Assembly (NCBI GenBank): GCA_031411295.1
Contig: JANOAV010000085.1
Span: forward strand, 1-46,901
Source: Verrucomicrobiales bacterium
Lineage (GTDB): Bacteria > Verrucomicrobiota > Verrucomicrobiia > Verrucomicrobiales > V1-33
Direction: 5' to 3'
DNA: 46,901 bases
In this document: positions 9,019 through 19,076 of the stretch, in pieces
Numbering within the stretch: the first letter of the stretch is position 1
Layout: each line of letters opens with the position of its first letter
Program-made: the position numbers and the translations under genes
The notes under the pieces: model-generated
The model's input: the letters and a program-made list of their open reading frames with translations, nothing else
The model's database searches: none
What the model was told of the DNA's origin: nothing

Positions 9019-10368
9019 CTACCCTAATTCGCTCAGCGCTCCGGTGCTGTCGGAAAATTTCTCTGTCTGCACGCCCATCTTCTGGGCGACGGATAGCAGC
9101 ACATTTGCCAGCGGGGGATGTTTGTCGGGGTCATGGGCAAGGTGCTGCCCATTTTTTAGGCCATAGGCACTGCCGCCGGCCACAATCAGCGGCAGATTCT
9201 TTGGTGAATGCTCTCCCTGCGGTCCACTATTCATCCCGGAACCATAGACCACCATGGTGTGGTCCAGCATCGGTCGCCCACCTTCATCGGTGGAGTTTAG
9301 GAATGTTAGGAATCGTTTCAGTTTTTCCAAATAGCCCCGATCTACCGCTGCTAGTTTCTTTAGCATGCCAGGATCGCCACCGTGGTGAGATAGTTCATGA
9401 TGATTCTCGCCACCTACTCCAAAGCCCCCGGCCTCGCGCGCCCATTCGAAGGTGATGACGCGGGTGGCATCTGTGATGAAGGCCAGGTAACTGATTTCGA
9501 GCATCACATCGAGCCACATGGGCCGGTCGTGGGAGTCGCCCGGTTTGCTATTCAATTGCAGGCCCGCGGCATCTACTTTCGGTTTCGGCACGTCCACCCA
9601 ATCCACTTGTCGTTGCACCCTGCGCTCGGTTTCCCTGACTGATTCCAAGTATTCGGACAGCTTCGTTTGATCTGATTTCCCCAATTTCTTTTCGAGGGAT
9701 TTCGCTTCGCCCAGCACATCATCCAGGATGCTGCGTTTCTCTGCGTAACGTTTCAACGTCGCCTCCCGGGAGGCTGCATCGTCTGGGATAAACAGGCGTT
9801 CAAACAACCGCTGCGGACTGTTCTCCGCAGGTAGCGGGGTGCCATTGCGATCAAACGCCAGGGTGTGACTGTGCAAGGCCGCGCCCGTCCCTGACATGTC
9901 ACCAATCTCGATCGAAGGGAATCGGGTCTTGGCTCCGATCTGCTCTGCGATGACCTGATCTACGGAAATGGAATTCGTGTAGTCTTTGCCCGGCACGGAT
10001 TTCAAATCCGCCCCCGTTAACCACGTGTCGCCCCCGCTGTGGCCACCCGTGCAACGCGGATGCCCCAGGCCCGTAAGCACGCTGAAATTAGCCTGATGCT
10101 CCTTCAAGGTTTCCAACGTGGGGGACAGCGCGTAGCCCTTCCCCTTGGCCTCCGGCACCCATTCCAGAATGTTCACGCCATTGGAAACGTAGCAGAAAAT
10201 GGCCCGTGGCGTGGGTGCGGTGCCAGCCTTTGCCAGGGGCTTGTAAGTGGAGGGAGCCGCATGCACCGACCGCGGCAACATCGCCTCCAGCAAAGGCAGT
10301 GACAAAGTAACGCCCAGTCCACGCAAGGCGGTGCGCCGGGAAATTGGAGTGTGGAACAGTGGGATCAT
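9019..10368 (-). CDS. DUF1552 (HxxSHH) family protein, Tat-exported
   Basis: SRRTALRGLGVTLSLPLLEAM, NSISVDQ, HHELSHH, YGSGM, NLPLIVAGG. Confidence 0.9.
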   Translation of the reverse strand: MIPLFHTPISRRTALRGLGVTLSLPLLEAMLPRSVHAAPSTYKPLAKAGTAPTPRAIFCYVSNGVNILEWVPEAKGKGYALSPTLETLKEHQANFSVLTGLGHPRCTGGHSGGDTWLTGADLKSVPGKDYTNSISVDQVIAEQIGAKTRFPSIEIGDMSGTGAALHSHTLAFDRNGTPLPAENSPQRLFERLFIPDDAASREATLKRYAEKRSILDDVLGEAKSLEKKLGKSDQTKLSEYLESVRETERRVQRQVDWVDVPKPKVDAAGLQLNSKPGDSHDRPMWLDVMLEISYLAFITDATRVITFEWAREAGGFGVGGENHHELSHHGGDPGMLKKLAAVDRGYLEKLKRFLTFLNSTDEGGRPMLDHTMVVYGSGMNSGPQGEHSPKNLPLIVAGGSAYGLKNGQHLAHDPDKHPPLANVLLSVAQKMGVQTEKFSDSTGALSELG

Positions 10369-10400
10369 GGCGAGATGGGGTGGGGTGGCGGGTGGCTAAA

Positions 10401-10476
10401 TTTTACAAAATAATGGTTACAGAATAATGCGGGATGAGGGGCGATGGCTTGGCATTATTTTGTTACCATTATTCTG
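10401..10476. repeat. AT-rich hairpin repeat, family C (copy downstream of the GxxExxY gene)
   Basis: Arms CAAAATAATGGTTACAGAATAATGC (10406-10430) / GCATTATTTTGTTACCATTATTCTG (10452-10476), 22/25 complementary. Near-identical direct copy at 11449-11525. Confidence 0.9.
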
Positions 10477-10554
10477 GTTCCTCAATCACCCTCAGCAGCC
10501 AGGTAACGAGATTCTGAGCAGGTAGTTTCATGGTTAGGCGGGGTTGGATTTCTA

Positions 10555-10579
10555 CAAAATAATGGTTACAGAATAATGC
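10555..10579. repeat. Single arm of the family C repeat
   Basis: Exact copy of CAAAATAATGGTTACAGAATAATGC, 21 nt beyond the GxxExxY stop. Confidence 0.85.
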
Positions 10580-10600
10580 GAGAAGGAGGATTGGCCGATC

Positions 10601-11404
10601 TCACTTTTTGATAATGGTGTGGAGTGTGACGTGCTGTCGATTAAGGTTAATCCATTGCATCGCACGCAACGAAGTATGCTCAAGGAAGCGCTGCTGATGC
10701 TCCAACACCATTCGAGGTCGATGAAGAGCAGTGGTTATGGAGAACGCAATCTCATCGCTTAGAAAATGAACTTTTTGACGACCCAGTGAGCCGCTTTCCG
10801 ATCTCACTTCAAGTTCTCGCACCACCGCTGCTTCTCCTCCAAGAAAATGCGTCAGAGCATCGCGATAGAGGATTGGGTCCAAGCACGCCCCGAACTCCGC
10901 TAAAACGCGATGAAACAGGTCATGAACCACCTTACAGCTATCGGATAAATTGATCCAGTTAGCGGCTGACCAAGTAATTCGCTTTCTTTCAGCCTCGCTC
11001 AATTTGGTGGACACGAAGCGATGCTGCACGCGCTCGGGTCTAAAATTGAGCAACGTTCCGTGATAAACATTGCACTGAAACAGGTAATTCAACACTTGGG
11101 CTCGGTGCGACTCCACCAAGGCTGCTGTCGTTTTGGTTTCGACGATTACGCTGCCGTTGACCAAAATATCGATGAACGAGTCCTTTCGAAAATCATCCAA
11201 GGCCGCAGTCAGTTGAACTTCGCGCACTGCGGCATGTCCAGCCCGCTGGATGCGGCGGGCCAGTTCTGCTTGATACAATTTTTCATCGAGAAATCGTCCA
11301 AACTCATTGTGAATATCAAATGCCAGGCCAGTCACCATGCTATCGATCTGATAAAATGCTGTTTCATCAATGGGAGTGATCGGGACTGCGGTAAAAATCG
11401 GCAT
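10601..11404 (-). CDS. GxxExxY protein (PD-(D/E)XK nuclease-like), long form
   Basis: IHNEFGRFLDEKLY, IDILV..SVIVETKT, QVLNYL..GTLLNF. A second, degenerate copy follows (FGACLDPILY...WINL). Confidence 0.85.
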   Translation of the reverse strand: MPIFTAVPITPIDETAFYQIDSMVTGLAFDIHNEFGRFLDEKLYQAELARRIQRAGHAAVREVQLTAALDDFRKDSFIDILVNGSVIVETKTTAALVESHRAQVLNYLFQCNVYHGTLLNFRPERVQHRFVSTKLSEAERKRITWSAANWINLSDSCKVVHDLFHRVLAEFGACLDPILYRDALTHFLGGEAAVVRELEVRSESGSLGRQKVHFLSDEIAFSITTALHRPRMVLEHQQRFLEHTSLRAMQWINLNRQHVTLHTIIKK

Positions 11405-11448
11405 GTGAATTGTTTGGAGGGGCTAGACAGATTGGCTTGCGACTAGTA

Positions 11449-11525
11449 TTTTACAAAATAATGGTTACAGAATAATGAGGAATGAGGAGGCGATGGCTTG
11501 GCATTATTTTGTTACCATTATTCTG
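11449..11525. repeat. AT-rich hairpin repeat, family C (copy upstream of the GxxExxY gene)
   Basis: Direct repeat of 10401-10476 with only a few differences, in and next to the loop. Confidence 0.9.
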
Positions 11526-11607
11526 TTTCCTTCACCAGGTTGGCTGGAGGGCGATTGGGGTGAGAGGTCTTAAGTTTGGAGGGCTGAGGCATGCTGCGAT
11601 GGGGGGC

Positions 11608-14133
11608 TTACTTCATGGTAAAGGCTTCAGAAGTGGTGATGGCGGAGATAAGACTTTTTAGGGTGTAGTGTTCAGTCTTCATTTGGGTAATGAAACTTCG
11701 CACTGCGGGACGATCCGAGAAACCTAGTTCCCGACCGAGTGCATAGGTGGTCAGTTGATTTGCCAACGATGTTAAGAACAAATCCTCCTTCTTCAGCAAT
11801 TGCTGCTGCAAGCCTTCCACGCCCTTAAACTCCGTGCCGTCCGGCATCTGGGCACTGGCATCAATCACCGGATCATTTTTCTCAATGCGGCCATTGTAGC
11901 CGTGGCCTTCCTGATCCCGCCATTCTCCAGCGGCATTGAAATTCTCCAGCGCCAGCCCCAACGGATCGATCCGATCATGGCAGCGCGCACAGGAGGTGGC
12001 TTCGCGATGGATCCTGAGTCGTTGGCGAACGGTCGCTTTGTCGATTCCCGGCACTTTGGATTGAATTTCACCGACGTTCGCCACTGGCAAACCGGGATCC
12101 GTTCCTAGCAGTGTCTTCATCACCCACGTGCCGCGAACCACGGGTGAGGTTCGGGTGCCGTTTGAAGTGATACTGTGAATCGATGCCTGCGTGATCAACC
12201 CGCCCCGATGCGATTCCGCAGGCGCTGGCACGCGTCGAATGGCATCGCCTTTCACGCCGGGAATGCCATAGAACCTTGCCAGGCGCTCGTTGATGGTTAC
12301 GAAGTCACTCTTGATGAGATTGCGGGCATCCAAATCGCTGCGCAGAATTTCCCCGAAGAAACCTTCGGTCTCCCGCACGATGGACAGTTCCAAATGGCGA
12401 TCATATTCTGGATACAATGTCTGCGACGGAGGATTCGATCCCACCTTCCGCAACCCCAACCATTGACCAGCGAAGTTCTGCACCAACGCTTCGCTGCGAT
12501 CATCCTTCAGCATGCGCGCCACCTGCGCCTGCATGATCGCAGGTTTGGTGAGCTCACCAGACGTGGCTAGCGTGATGAGTCCTTCATCTGGCATCGATGA
12601 CCACAGGAAATAGGAGAGTCGCGAGGCCAACTCATAGGCATTTAGCTTCCGAGGCTTCGCCTGTGGGGCCTCCGGCTCCACGAGGTAAAGGAAATGAGGC
12701 GAGGCCAACACGGCAGTGAGCGGCACCTTGATGGCTTCAATGAACGAGGGCTTCTCGGCCCGAAGTTTCTCGAACAAGGACACCTTCGCGTCCACTTCCG
12801 CAGGCTCCACGGGACGTCGATAGGCTCGCGTCATGAATTTAACGAGCACCTCCCGGGCGTAACCCTTCTCGTCCAATTCCTTTGCTCCTTGGGTCAATAA
12901 AACCCGCTGATGACTTGGTGGTGGCCAGCTTGCATAGAGCGGACCCTCCAGTTCCACCCAATCGATCATCAGTTCGGGGCGGGCAAACTCATCCCGTCCC
13001 TGCATCCAGAAATTCTCCAGCACCTTGGGGATATCATAAGCGTAGTGCAGGTCCACCCCAGCACTCAGCGTGGAGAAATACTCCCGCACTTCGTAGGTCT
13101 TGGGTGCAGCGACACTAGCATCCACGTCCATTTCCGCAATGACCTTGGGCGTGCCGCCGAGATGTTGGGTCAGTTTCACACGGGGGGCTCCGTAGTCATA
13201 CATGCGGTGATTGGCAAAGTGCTCCAGATCGTGATCCGCTTGTTTCTGATTCTGCTCGGCCCGCTTCGGTTCCTTGGCCGTTTGCTCATCGCGACGTTTC
13301 TCCAGAATCGTCTTGGCCGCTGCTGCCACCGCCTGCCGATCCGGCACTCGGCCCGCTGCGCGAAATCGAATCACATACTCACCTTCATGTGGCACTTTGA
13401 AATCGCGGAAGCCGATCCCCTTGTTCCACGAATCATGATGAATCACCGTGAACCCATTTTCCGCGGTGTTTTCTCCATCATTCAAAATGATGTTATTGCC
13501 ATCCCGCTTCACGCGGTATTGATCCGTGCTCTTGGTATTCTCCTCGGGCTCGAAATGCCATTTCACGGCTGCGGGTTGCGCTCCTTCCACCAGCGCCCGA
13601 TCCAAGATCTGCCGGGCCGCCGCGTAATACAATTCGACCTGCATGGGCGACATCGACAATGCCTGGCCAATGTTATCAAATCCTCCGGCTGGCGGGTCTT
13701 CGGGAAACTTTTCGGCTGGCTGAAAGTCCACGCCCACCAGATCGCGAATCGTGTTATTGTATTCCGCCCGATTCATCCGCCGCAGCACGACCCGGGTCGA
13801 GCGTTTGGCGATCTCCGCTTCTGCCAGCTTCGTTTCCAGCCATCCGGCAAATTTTCCGGCTGCCTCTGGAGCCGGCTGCGGTTCATCCTCCGGCGGCATC
13901 TCGTGGCCGCCAATGGAATTCACCACCTCCTTCCATTTAGCGGCCGCACCGGGATCAGCAAAATCTCCCGCCAAGGTATCCAATCGCAGTTTCCCCTTCT
14001 GTTTTTCCGGCCCATGACAAGCCACGCAATGCTCCTTCAAGAATGGAGTAATCACCTCCTTGAACCCAGGTTCAGCGGAGCAAGCCAGGCTCATGCTGGC
14101 AAAGAAAGGAGGAATGAAATGACGGCATCGCAT
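11608..14133 (-). CDS. Planctomycete-type cytochrome c, DUF1592/DUF1588/DUF1595 (PSD) domain protein
   Basis: CVACH and CARCH heme motifs; RRMNRAEYNNTIRDL, ELASRLSYFLWSSMPD, TSPVVRG, DPLGLALENF. Start uncertain (ATG 14133 chosen). Confidence 0.9.
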   Translation of the reverse strand: MRCRHFIPPFFASMSLACSAEPGFKEVITPFLKEHCVACHGPEKQKGKLRLDTLAGDFADPGAAAKWKEVVNSIGGHEMPPEDEPQPAPEAAGKFAGWLETKLAEAEIAKRSTRVVLRRMNRAEYNNTIRDLVGVDFQPAEKFPEDPPAGGFDNIGQALSMSPMQVELYYAAARQILDRALVEGAQPAAVKWHFEPEENTKSTDQYRVKRDGNNIILNDGENTAENGFTVIHHDSWNKGIGFRDFKVPHEGEYVIRFRAAGRVPDRQAVAAAAKTILEKRRDEQTAKEPKRAEQNQKQADHDLEHFANHRMYDYGAPRVKLTQHLGGTPKVIAEMDVDASVAAPKTYEVREYFSTLSAGVDLHYAYDIPKVLENFWMQGRDEFARPELMIDWVELEGPLYASWPPPSHQRVLLTQGAKELDEKGYAREVLVKFMTRAYRRPVEPAEVDAKVSLFEKLRAEKPSFIEAIKVPLTAVLASPHFLYLVEPEAPQAKPRKLNAYELASRLSYFLWSSMPDEGLITLATSGELTKPAIMQAQVARMLKDDRSEALVQNFAGQWLGLRKVGSNPPSQTLYPEYDRHLELSIVRETEGFFGEILRSDLDARNLIKSDFVTINERLARFYGIPGVKGDAIRRVPAPAESHRGGLITQASIHSITSNGTRTSPVVRGTWVMKTLLGTDPGLPVANVGEIQSKVPGIDKATVRQRLRIHREATSCARCHDRIDPLGLALENFNAAGEWRDQEGHGYNGRIEKNDPVIDASAQMPDGTEFKGVEGLQQQLLKKEDLFLTSLANQLTTYALGRELGFSDRPAVRSFITQMKTEHYTLKSLISAITTSEAFTMK

Positions 14134-14378
14134 GGTGGGCGGAACTGGTGGGATAGGTTTGTTGTAAGGGTAACGCTGGGCTGGGTGATTTGTAATCTGC
14201 AATTCTTTCCCCCATAGACGGGAGTAGGGCCTGCCCCTTGCTTGACTTTAACGCGAACCACACTACGCATCGGAGCCCTGCCCCAGACCTAGGTTTACCT
14301 GCATGAAATTGCCAGGGGCCACCTCTAACGCTTATGCAAATTTCTCTCCCGCCGGAACCCATGATTGGCCAGACCTGC

Positions 14379-16745
14379 ATGTTTTGGCTGCGCACCTTGC
14401 TTTCCTTGGGGGCCTCCCTGTCATTTGCGGTGGCCGATCCCGGAGCCCCGGTGGAGAAATTTCAACAATTGGACCAAACCGTGCCAACCCCGTCAGCCCA
14501 GCGAATTGCCTCCGGGGCACCGGGTGCGGCTTACTGGCAGAATCGAGCGGACTATGACATCAGCGTGGAGTTGGATGATGTGAAGCGCACCATTTCTGCA
14601 GAAGCCACCGTCACCTATCACAATGCGTCGCCTGATGCGCTGACCTACCTGTGGCTGCAGCTTGATCAAAATTATCTTGCGCACGATGCCGATTCACGTG
14701 CCGCGCCTAACACGAAGCGCGGAGTGGATCCCAAGAAGATCAGCTACTCTGCCCTCGACCGATTGCTGGCCTACGAAGACTACGATGGCACCCTGAAGCT
14801 CAGCAAAGTTACCGACGCGCAGGGCACTGCGCTGCCTCAGGCTATGGTGAAGACCATGATGCGGCTCGATCTCCCTCAGCCCCTGGCGGCAGGTGCGACG
14901 TTTGTCCTCAAGCTCGCGTGGAGTTACCCCATCAATGATGGCAAACGGATCAAAGCGCGGTCAGGTTATGAGTTCTTCGAAGAGGATGGCAACTGCATCT
15001 ACACCATCGCGCAATGGTTTCCGCGCCTGGCGGCTTACACGGACTACGCCGGCTGGATCAACAAACAATTTCTCGGCACGGGAGAGTTCACGTTGGAGTT
15101 TGGAAATTACACCGTGCGCCTCACCGTTCCCAATGATCATCTCGTGGCTGCCACTGGTTCCTTGCAGAATGCTGATGAAGTGCTCACGCCAGTGCAACGC
15201 GACCGAATCAAGATAGCGCAAGGAGAGCTAAAGAAGCCAACGTTTATCGTCACGCCCGAGGAAGCCAAGGCCGCCGAGAAGGGCAAACCCACCGGCAAGA
15301 AAACCTGGATCTTCCAAGCCGATAACGTGCGTGATTTTGCCTTTGCCTCCTCTCGGAAATTTGCGTGGGACGCCATGGCAGTCGAGGGTGCCAACGTCAA
15401 TGGCAAGTCCGTGATGGCGATGTCGCTTTACCCCAAGGAAGGCATGCCGCTGTGGGATAAATATTCCACCCATGCCATCGCGCACACGATCCAGACTTAC
15501 TCGCGCTATACCTTTGACTATCCGTATCCCGTGGCATGGTCGGTGAATGGGTGCGTCGGCGGCATGGAATACCCCATGATCAGCTTCAATGGGCCCCGAC
15601 CAGAAAAGGATGGGACCTATCCAGAGAAGACCAAGTATGCCTTGATCGGCGTGGTGATCCATGAGGTGGGGCACAACTATTTCCCCATGATCGTGAACAG
15701 TGATGAGCGCCAGTGGACGTGGATGGATGAAGGTTTGAATTCATTTATCGAATCTCTCGCGGAGGAGGAGTGGGAGAACGATTGGCAGCATCGCCACAGC
15801 GCGCGCGGGATTGTCGATTACATGAGGCTGACAGATCGTGTGTCGGTCATGACGAACTCGGAATCCATTGCGGATCTGGGCCCTAACTCGTATGGTCAGC
15901 CGATGGTGGCGCTGAATATTTTGCGGGAAAACATTCTCGGTCGCGAAGCCTTCGACCATGCCTTCAAGACCTATGCGCAGCGCTGGATGTTCAAGCGACC
16001 CACGCCGTCGGATTTTTTCCGGACCATGGAGGATGCCAGCGGGGTGGATCTCGACTGGTTCTGGCGCGGCTGGTTTTACAGCGTCGATCATGTCGATGTC
16101 TCCATCGATCAAGTAAAGTGGCTGCAGCTCGACTCACGGGACCCTTCGATTGAAAAGCCCAAGCTTAAAAAGGAGAAAGACGAACTACCAAAAACCACCA
16201 CCCGTGAACTCAACGCAGCGATTCCCAAGCGCGTGGATCGTTTCCCCGAACTGAAGGACTTCTATGACAGCTACGATGAGGGCACCGCGCTTCCCAGCGA
16301 GAAAAAGAAGTTTAGCGGACTGCTCAAGGACTTGAAGGAGGAGCAGATCGATCCCGCCCTGCTCCAGACGGCGCGCAACTTCTATGTCGTCGAGTTCAGT
16401 AATGTGGGTGGACTGCTCACGCCAGTTATCCTGAAACTAGAATTTACCGATGGCAGCAACGAGGAATTAACACTGCCCGCCGAAGTCTGGCGCTTCAATA
16501 CCGAGAAGACCGCCAAGCTCATTTTGACGAAGAAGGAATTGAAAGCCGTCACCTTCGACCCGCGCCAGGAACTGGCGGACACCGACGTGGAAAATAATTT
16601 CTGGCCCCGCCGTCCCGTGAAGAGCAAGTTCCAACTCTTCAAAGACGAAAAGGCCGTGAATCCACTGCGCGAGCTAACGAAGCCAAAGCCGCAAGACGAC
16701 AAAGACCACGAGAAGTCGGGTGAGAAAGCTGATGAGAAGAAATAG
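14379..16745 (+). CDS. M1 family zinc aminopeptidase, secreted
   Basis: GGMEYPM exopeptidase motif, HEVGHNYF...WMDEG zinc motif, signal peptide. Confidence 0.92.
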   Translation: MFWLRTLLSLGASLSFAVADPGAPVEKFQQLDQTVPTPSAQRIASGAPGAAYWQNRADYDISVELDDVKRTISAEATVTYHNASPDALTYLWLQLDQNYLAHDADSRAAPNTKRGVDPKKISYSALDRLLAYEDYDGTLKLSKVTDAQGTALPQAMVKTMMRLDLPQPLAAGATFVLKLAWSYPINDGKRIKARSGYEFFEEDGNCIYTIAQWFPRLAAYTDYAGWINKQFLGTGEFTLEFGNYTVRLTVPNDHLVAATGSLQNADEVLTPVQRDRIKIAQGELKKPTFIVTPEEAKAAEKGKPTGKKTWIFQADNVRDFAFASSRKFAWDAMAVEGANVNGKSVMAMSLYPKEGMPLWDKYSTHAIAHTIQTYSRYTFDYPYPVAWSVNGCVGGMEYPMISFNGPRPEKDGTYPEKTKYALIGVVIHEVGHNYFPMIVNSDERQWTWMDEGLNSFIESLAEEEWENDWQHRHSARGIVDYMRLTDRVSVMTNSESIADLGPNSYGQPMVALNILRENILGREAFDHAFKTYAQRWMFKRPTPSDFFRTMEDASGVDLDWFWRGWFYSVDHVDVSIDQVKWLQLDSRDPSIEKPKLKKEKDELPKTTTRELNAAIPKRVDRFPELKDFYDSYDEGTALPSEKKKFSGLLKDLKEEQIDPALLQTARNFYVVEFSNVGGLLTPVILKLEFTDGSNEELTLPAEVWRFNTEKTAKLILTKKELKAVTFDPRQELADTDVENNFWPRRPVKSKFQLFKDEKAVNPLRELTKPKPQDDKDHEKSGEKADEKK

Positions 16746-17298
16746 CATCGTTCCCGCCCTCGTTATGGTGTTGGTTAGTCTTGCTCCGCAGTTGCAGGCA
16801 CATCCGGTCCATCAATCCACTGCTGAGGTGGAATACAATCTCGAGACCAAAAGACTTGAGGTCGCCCTCACGGTGGATCTCAACGATCTGGAACTGGCCC
16901 TGACCCGCCAATGCGATCAGGCCCTCAGTCTAGCCAAAACTTCGGCCGAGGAGTTCGACGCTCAAACGCAAATTTACCTGGCAAGAAATTTCGAGGTGAC
17001 CGATGGCGCAGGCAAGGTGGCCAAGCTCGCATGGGTGGGTCGTGAGTCAGTTGCTGGGACTGCAAAGAGCGCCGATCCCGCAGTGCGGTTGTTTTTCGAA
17101 GTGCCCTTGGCTGGTGGCATTACCGACGTCCGGCTGCAGCATTCCCTGTTTAACGGCCTATTCAAGGACCAGACCAACCTGGTGCAATTCCGCCATGCCA
17201 ATACGAACTTGGAGTTCCGCTTCGTGCGGGAGGATGGGGCGAAGGAATTATTTCCTCCAGCACCGAGCGCTCCCAAAAAGCTGCTGCCTGCCCGCTGA
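16732..17298 (+). CDS. DUF6702-like secreted protein
   Basis: Signal peptide then HPVHQSTAEVEYN; overlaps the M1 peptidase stop, so likely coupled. Confidence 0.65.
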   Translation: MRRNSIVPALVMVLVSLAPQLQAHPVHQSTAEVEYNLETKRLEVALTVDLNDLELALTRQCDQALSLAKTSAEEFDAQTQIYLARNFEVTDGAGKVAKLAWVGRESVAGTAKSADPAVRLFFEVPLAGGITDVRLQHSLFNGLFKDQTNLVQFRHANTNLEFRFVREDGAKELFPPAPSAPKKLLPAR

Positions 17299-17331
17299 TC
17301 GGCTTGCTGCATTCCCGTGACATAAGAAATC

Positions 17332-17366
17332 TTGCCTCTTGGCACAGGGAGCGCTAAGTTGGATGC
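17332..17366 (+). promoter_or_regulatory. Sigma70-type promoter, probably giving a leaderless mRNA
   Basis: TTGCCT (17332-17337)-N17-TAAGTT (17355-17360)-6 nt-ATG (17367). Confidence 0.5.
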
Positions 17367-18992
17367 ATGAATATTTTCAGTAAATCCAATTTTAGCCGCC
17401 GCGAAATTCTCCGCAACTTGGGTGCCACCGTGCTTATGACTTCCGTGCCCTCCTCCGTCTTTGCCGAGGATGACGATCTGGTGACCGTCTCCATTCTCAA
17501 TACCACCGACCTCCACGGCCACATTACGCCGACGCAGATGTATCCGGAAAAGGATGGCTCTATCGTGAAAGATGTCGGTGGCTTGGCTCGCTGCATCACC
17601 CAGATTCGGGCCTGGCAGAAGGAGAACCCCAATCACATCCTGCTCGATATTGGCGATATTTACCAAGGCACGCTTGTTTCCTTAAGCACCCAGGGGCAGC
17701 TCATGATGAAACTGCTCAACAGCATGAACTATGATGCCTGGGTGGTCGGGAATCATGAATTCGATTGGGGCTTCGAGCCCATGGTTAACGTCGTCAAGAC
17801 CTCCACCGTGCCCGTCCTTGCCTCCAACGCCAAAGTAGGAGGCAAATGGACTAACAAGATGGAAGACAAAACTCATCCCCTGGCCAAGATCAAGCCATAC
17901 ATCATCAAGGAAATCGCTGGCTTCAAGATTGGCATCATCGGCACGGTGACCCCGGGACTGCCAGCGTGGTTGGCTCCCAAACTGCTGGGAGATTTCACCG
18001 CGGAAGATCCGGTGAAATCGATCGACTATGCGATGAAGAAGCTGAAGGAAGAAAAAGTGGATGCCATCGTCGTCGCCAGTCACATGGGATTGAAAGGCAA
18101 GGGCTTCGCCAAAGACGACCACGCCAATCGCATCGCCCAGATTGCGGCCGAAAACGTGGGCGTTGACGTGATCATTGCCGGGCATACTCATAAGGATTTA
18201 CCTTCCGAAAAAGTCCTCGGCGTGCCTTACACCCAAGCCAGTTACTATGGCATCCACTGCGGTAGGACAGACCTGATTTTCTCCAAGAAATCTCGCAAAC
18301 TGGAAGTGGTCAATGTGGCCACCAAACTCATGGACGCCAGCATCGCCCAGGACGCGATGATCCTTTCCGCTTCGGCCAAAGATCGGGAAGTTTCCGACAA
18401 GGAATGGGCCCGGGAAATTGGCGTCCTCAAGGATAACCTCTCCAAGGATTCTGCTCCCGGCAAGCCCGCCGAAACCCTACTCCTGCTGACCCACGCCATG
18501 CGCTTCAGCTTGGAAAAGCGCAAGGTGCCAGTGGATGGGGTGTTGCATGGCAATTTCCTCGAATCGGATATCAAAGCCGGCCAGAAGGCCATCTCCGATG
18601 CCTGGGACGTGGTGCCCTACGAAAATTTCATCAGCACCTCTGGCTTCAAAAAAGAAGAACTCGTGGCCATCCTCGACGAATGCCTTAACACGGCCTACTC
18701 CACGCATAATTTGGACGGCTTTAAAGTCATCACCGAGAAGGACGGCAAGAAAGTGAAGGTGACTGACATCACCCTGCCGGATGGCAAACCGCTCGATCCT
18801 GACAAACGTTACCGCATCGCTCTTAACAGCTATGATGCCCAGTCGGGTGGCCGCCGTTACAACAAGCTGAACGAGCTGGCCGACTCCGCTGACGCCAAAT
18901 CCGAGGTCTTCGATGTCCAGTCGCGCGAAGCCGTGATCGAATTCTTCACGGAAAAGAAATCCGTCGGCAAGGCGGACTTGGGGCTCACCTAG
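17367..18992 (+). CDS. Bifunctional metallophosphoesterase / 5'-nucleotidase, Tat-exported
   Basis: SRREIL Tat motif; TTDLHG, DIGD, GNHEFD, SHMG, GHTH, plus a C-terminal 5'-nucleotidase domain (VVPYEN). Confidence 0.92.
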   Translation: MNIFSKSNFSRREILRNLGATVLMTSVPSSVFAEDDDLVTVSILNTTDLHGHITPTQMYPEKDGSIVKDVGGLARCITQIRAWQKENPNHILLDIGDIYQGTLVSLSTQGQLMMKLLNSMNYDAWVVGNHEFDWGFEPMVNVVKTSTVPVLASNAKVGGKWTNKMEDKTHPLAKIKPYIIKEIAGFKIGIIGTVTPGLPAWLAPKLLGDFTAEDPVKSIDYAMKKLKEEKVDAIVVASHMGLKGKGFAKDDHANRIAQIAAENVGVDVIIAGHTHKDLPSEKVLGVPYTQASYYGIHCGRTDLIFSKKSRKLEVVNVATKLMDASIAQDAMILSASAKDREVSDKEWAREIGVLKDNLSKDSAPGKPAETLLLLTHAMRFSLEKRKVPVDGVLHGNFLESDIKAGQKAISDAWDVVPYENFISTSGFKKEELVAILDECLNTAYSTHNLDGFKVITEKDGKKVKVTDITLPDGKPLDPDKRYRIALNSYDAQSGGRRYNKLNELADSADAKSEVFDVQSREAVIEFFTEKKSVGKADLGLT

Positions 18993-19076
18993 CGTTCAAA
19001 CTCTGTCACAGGAGGGGCGATGCTGAGCATGAACGAAGCCGGTGATATTCAAATTACGTTTTCTAAGACGGTTATG

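Noticed and set aside
10401..11525. Family C repeats as a CRISPR array
   Set aside because: Only a few arms in both orientations with irregular spacing and a gene between them; no cas genes.
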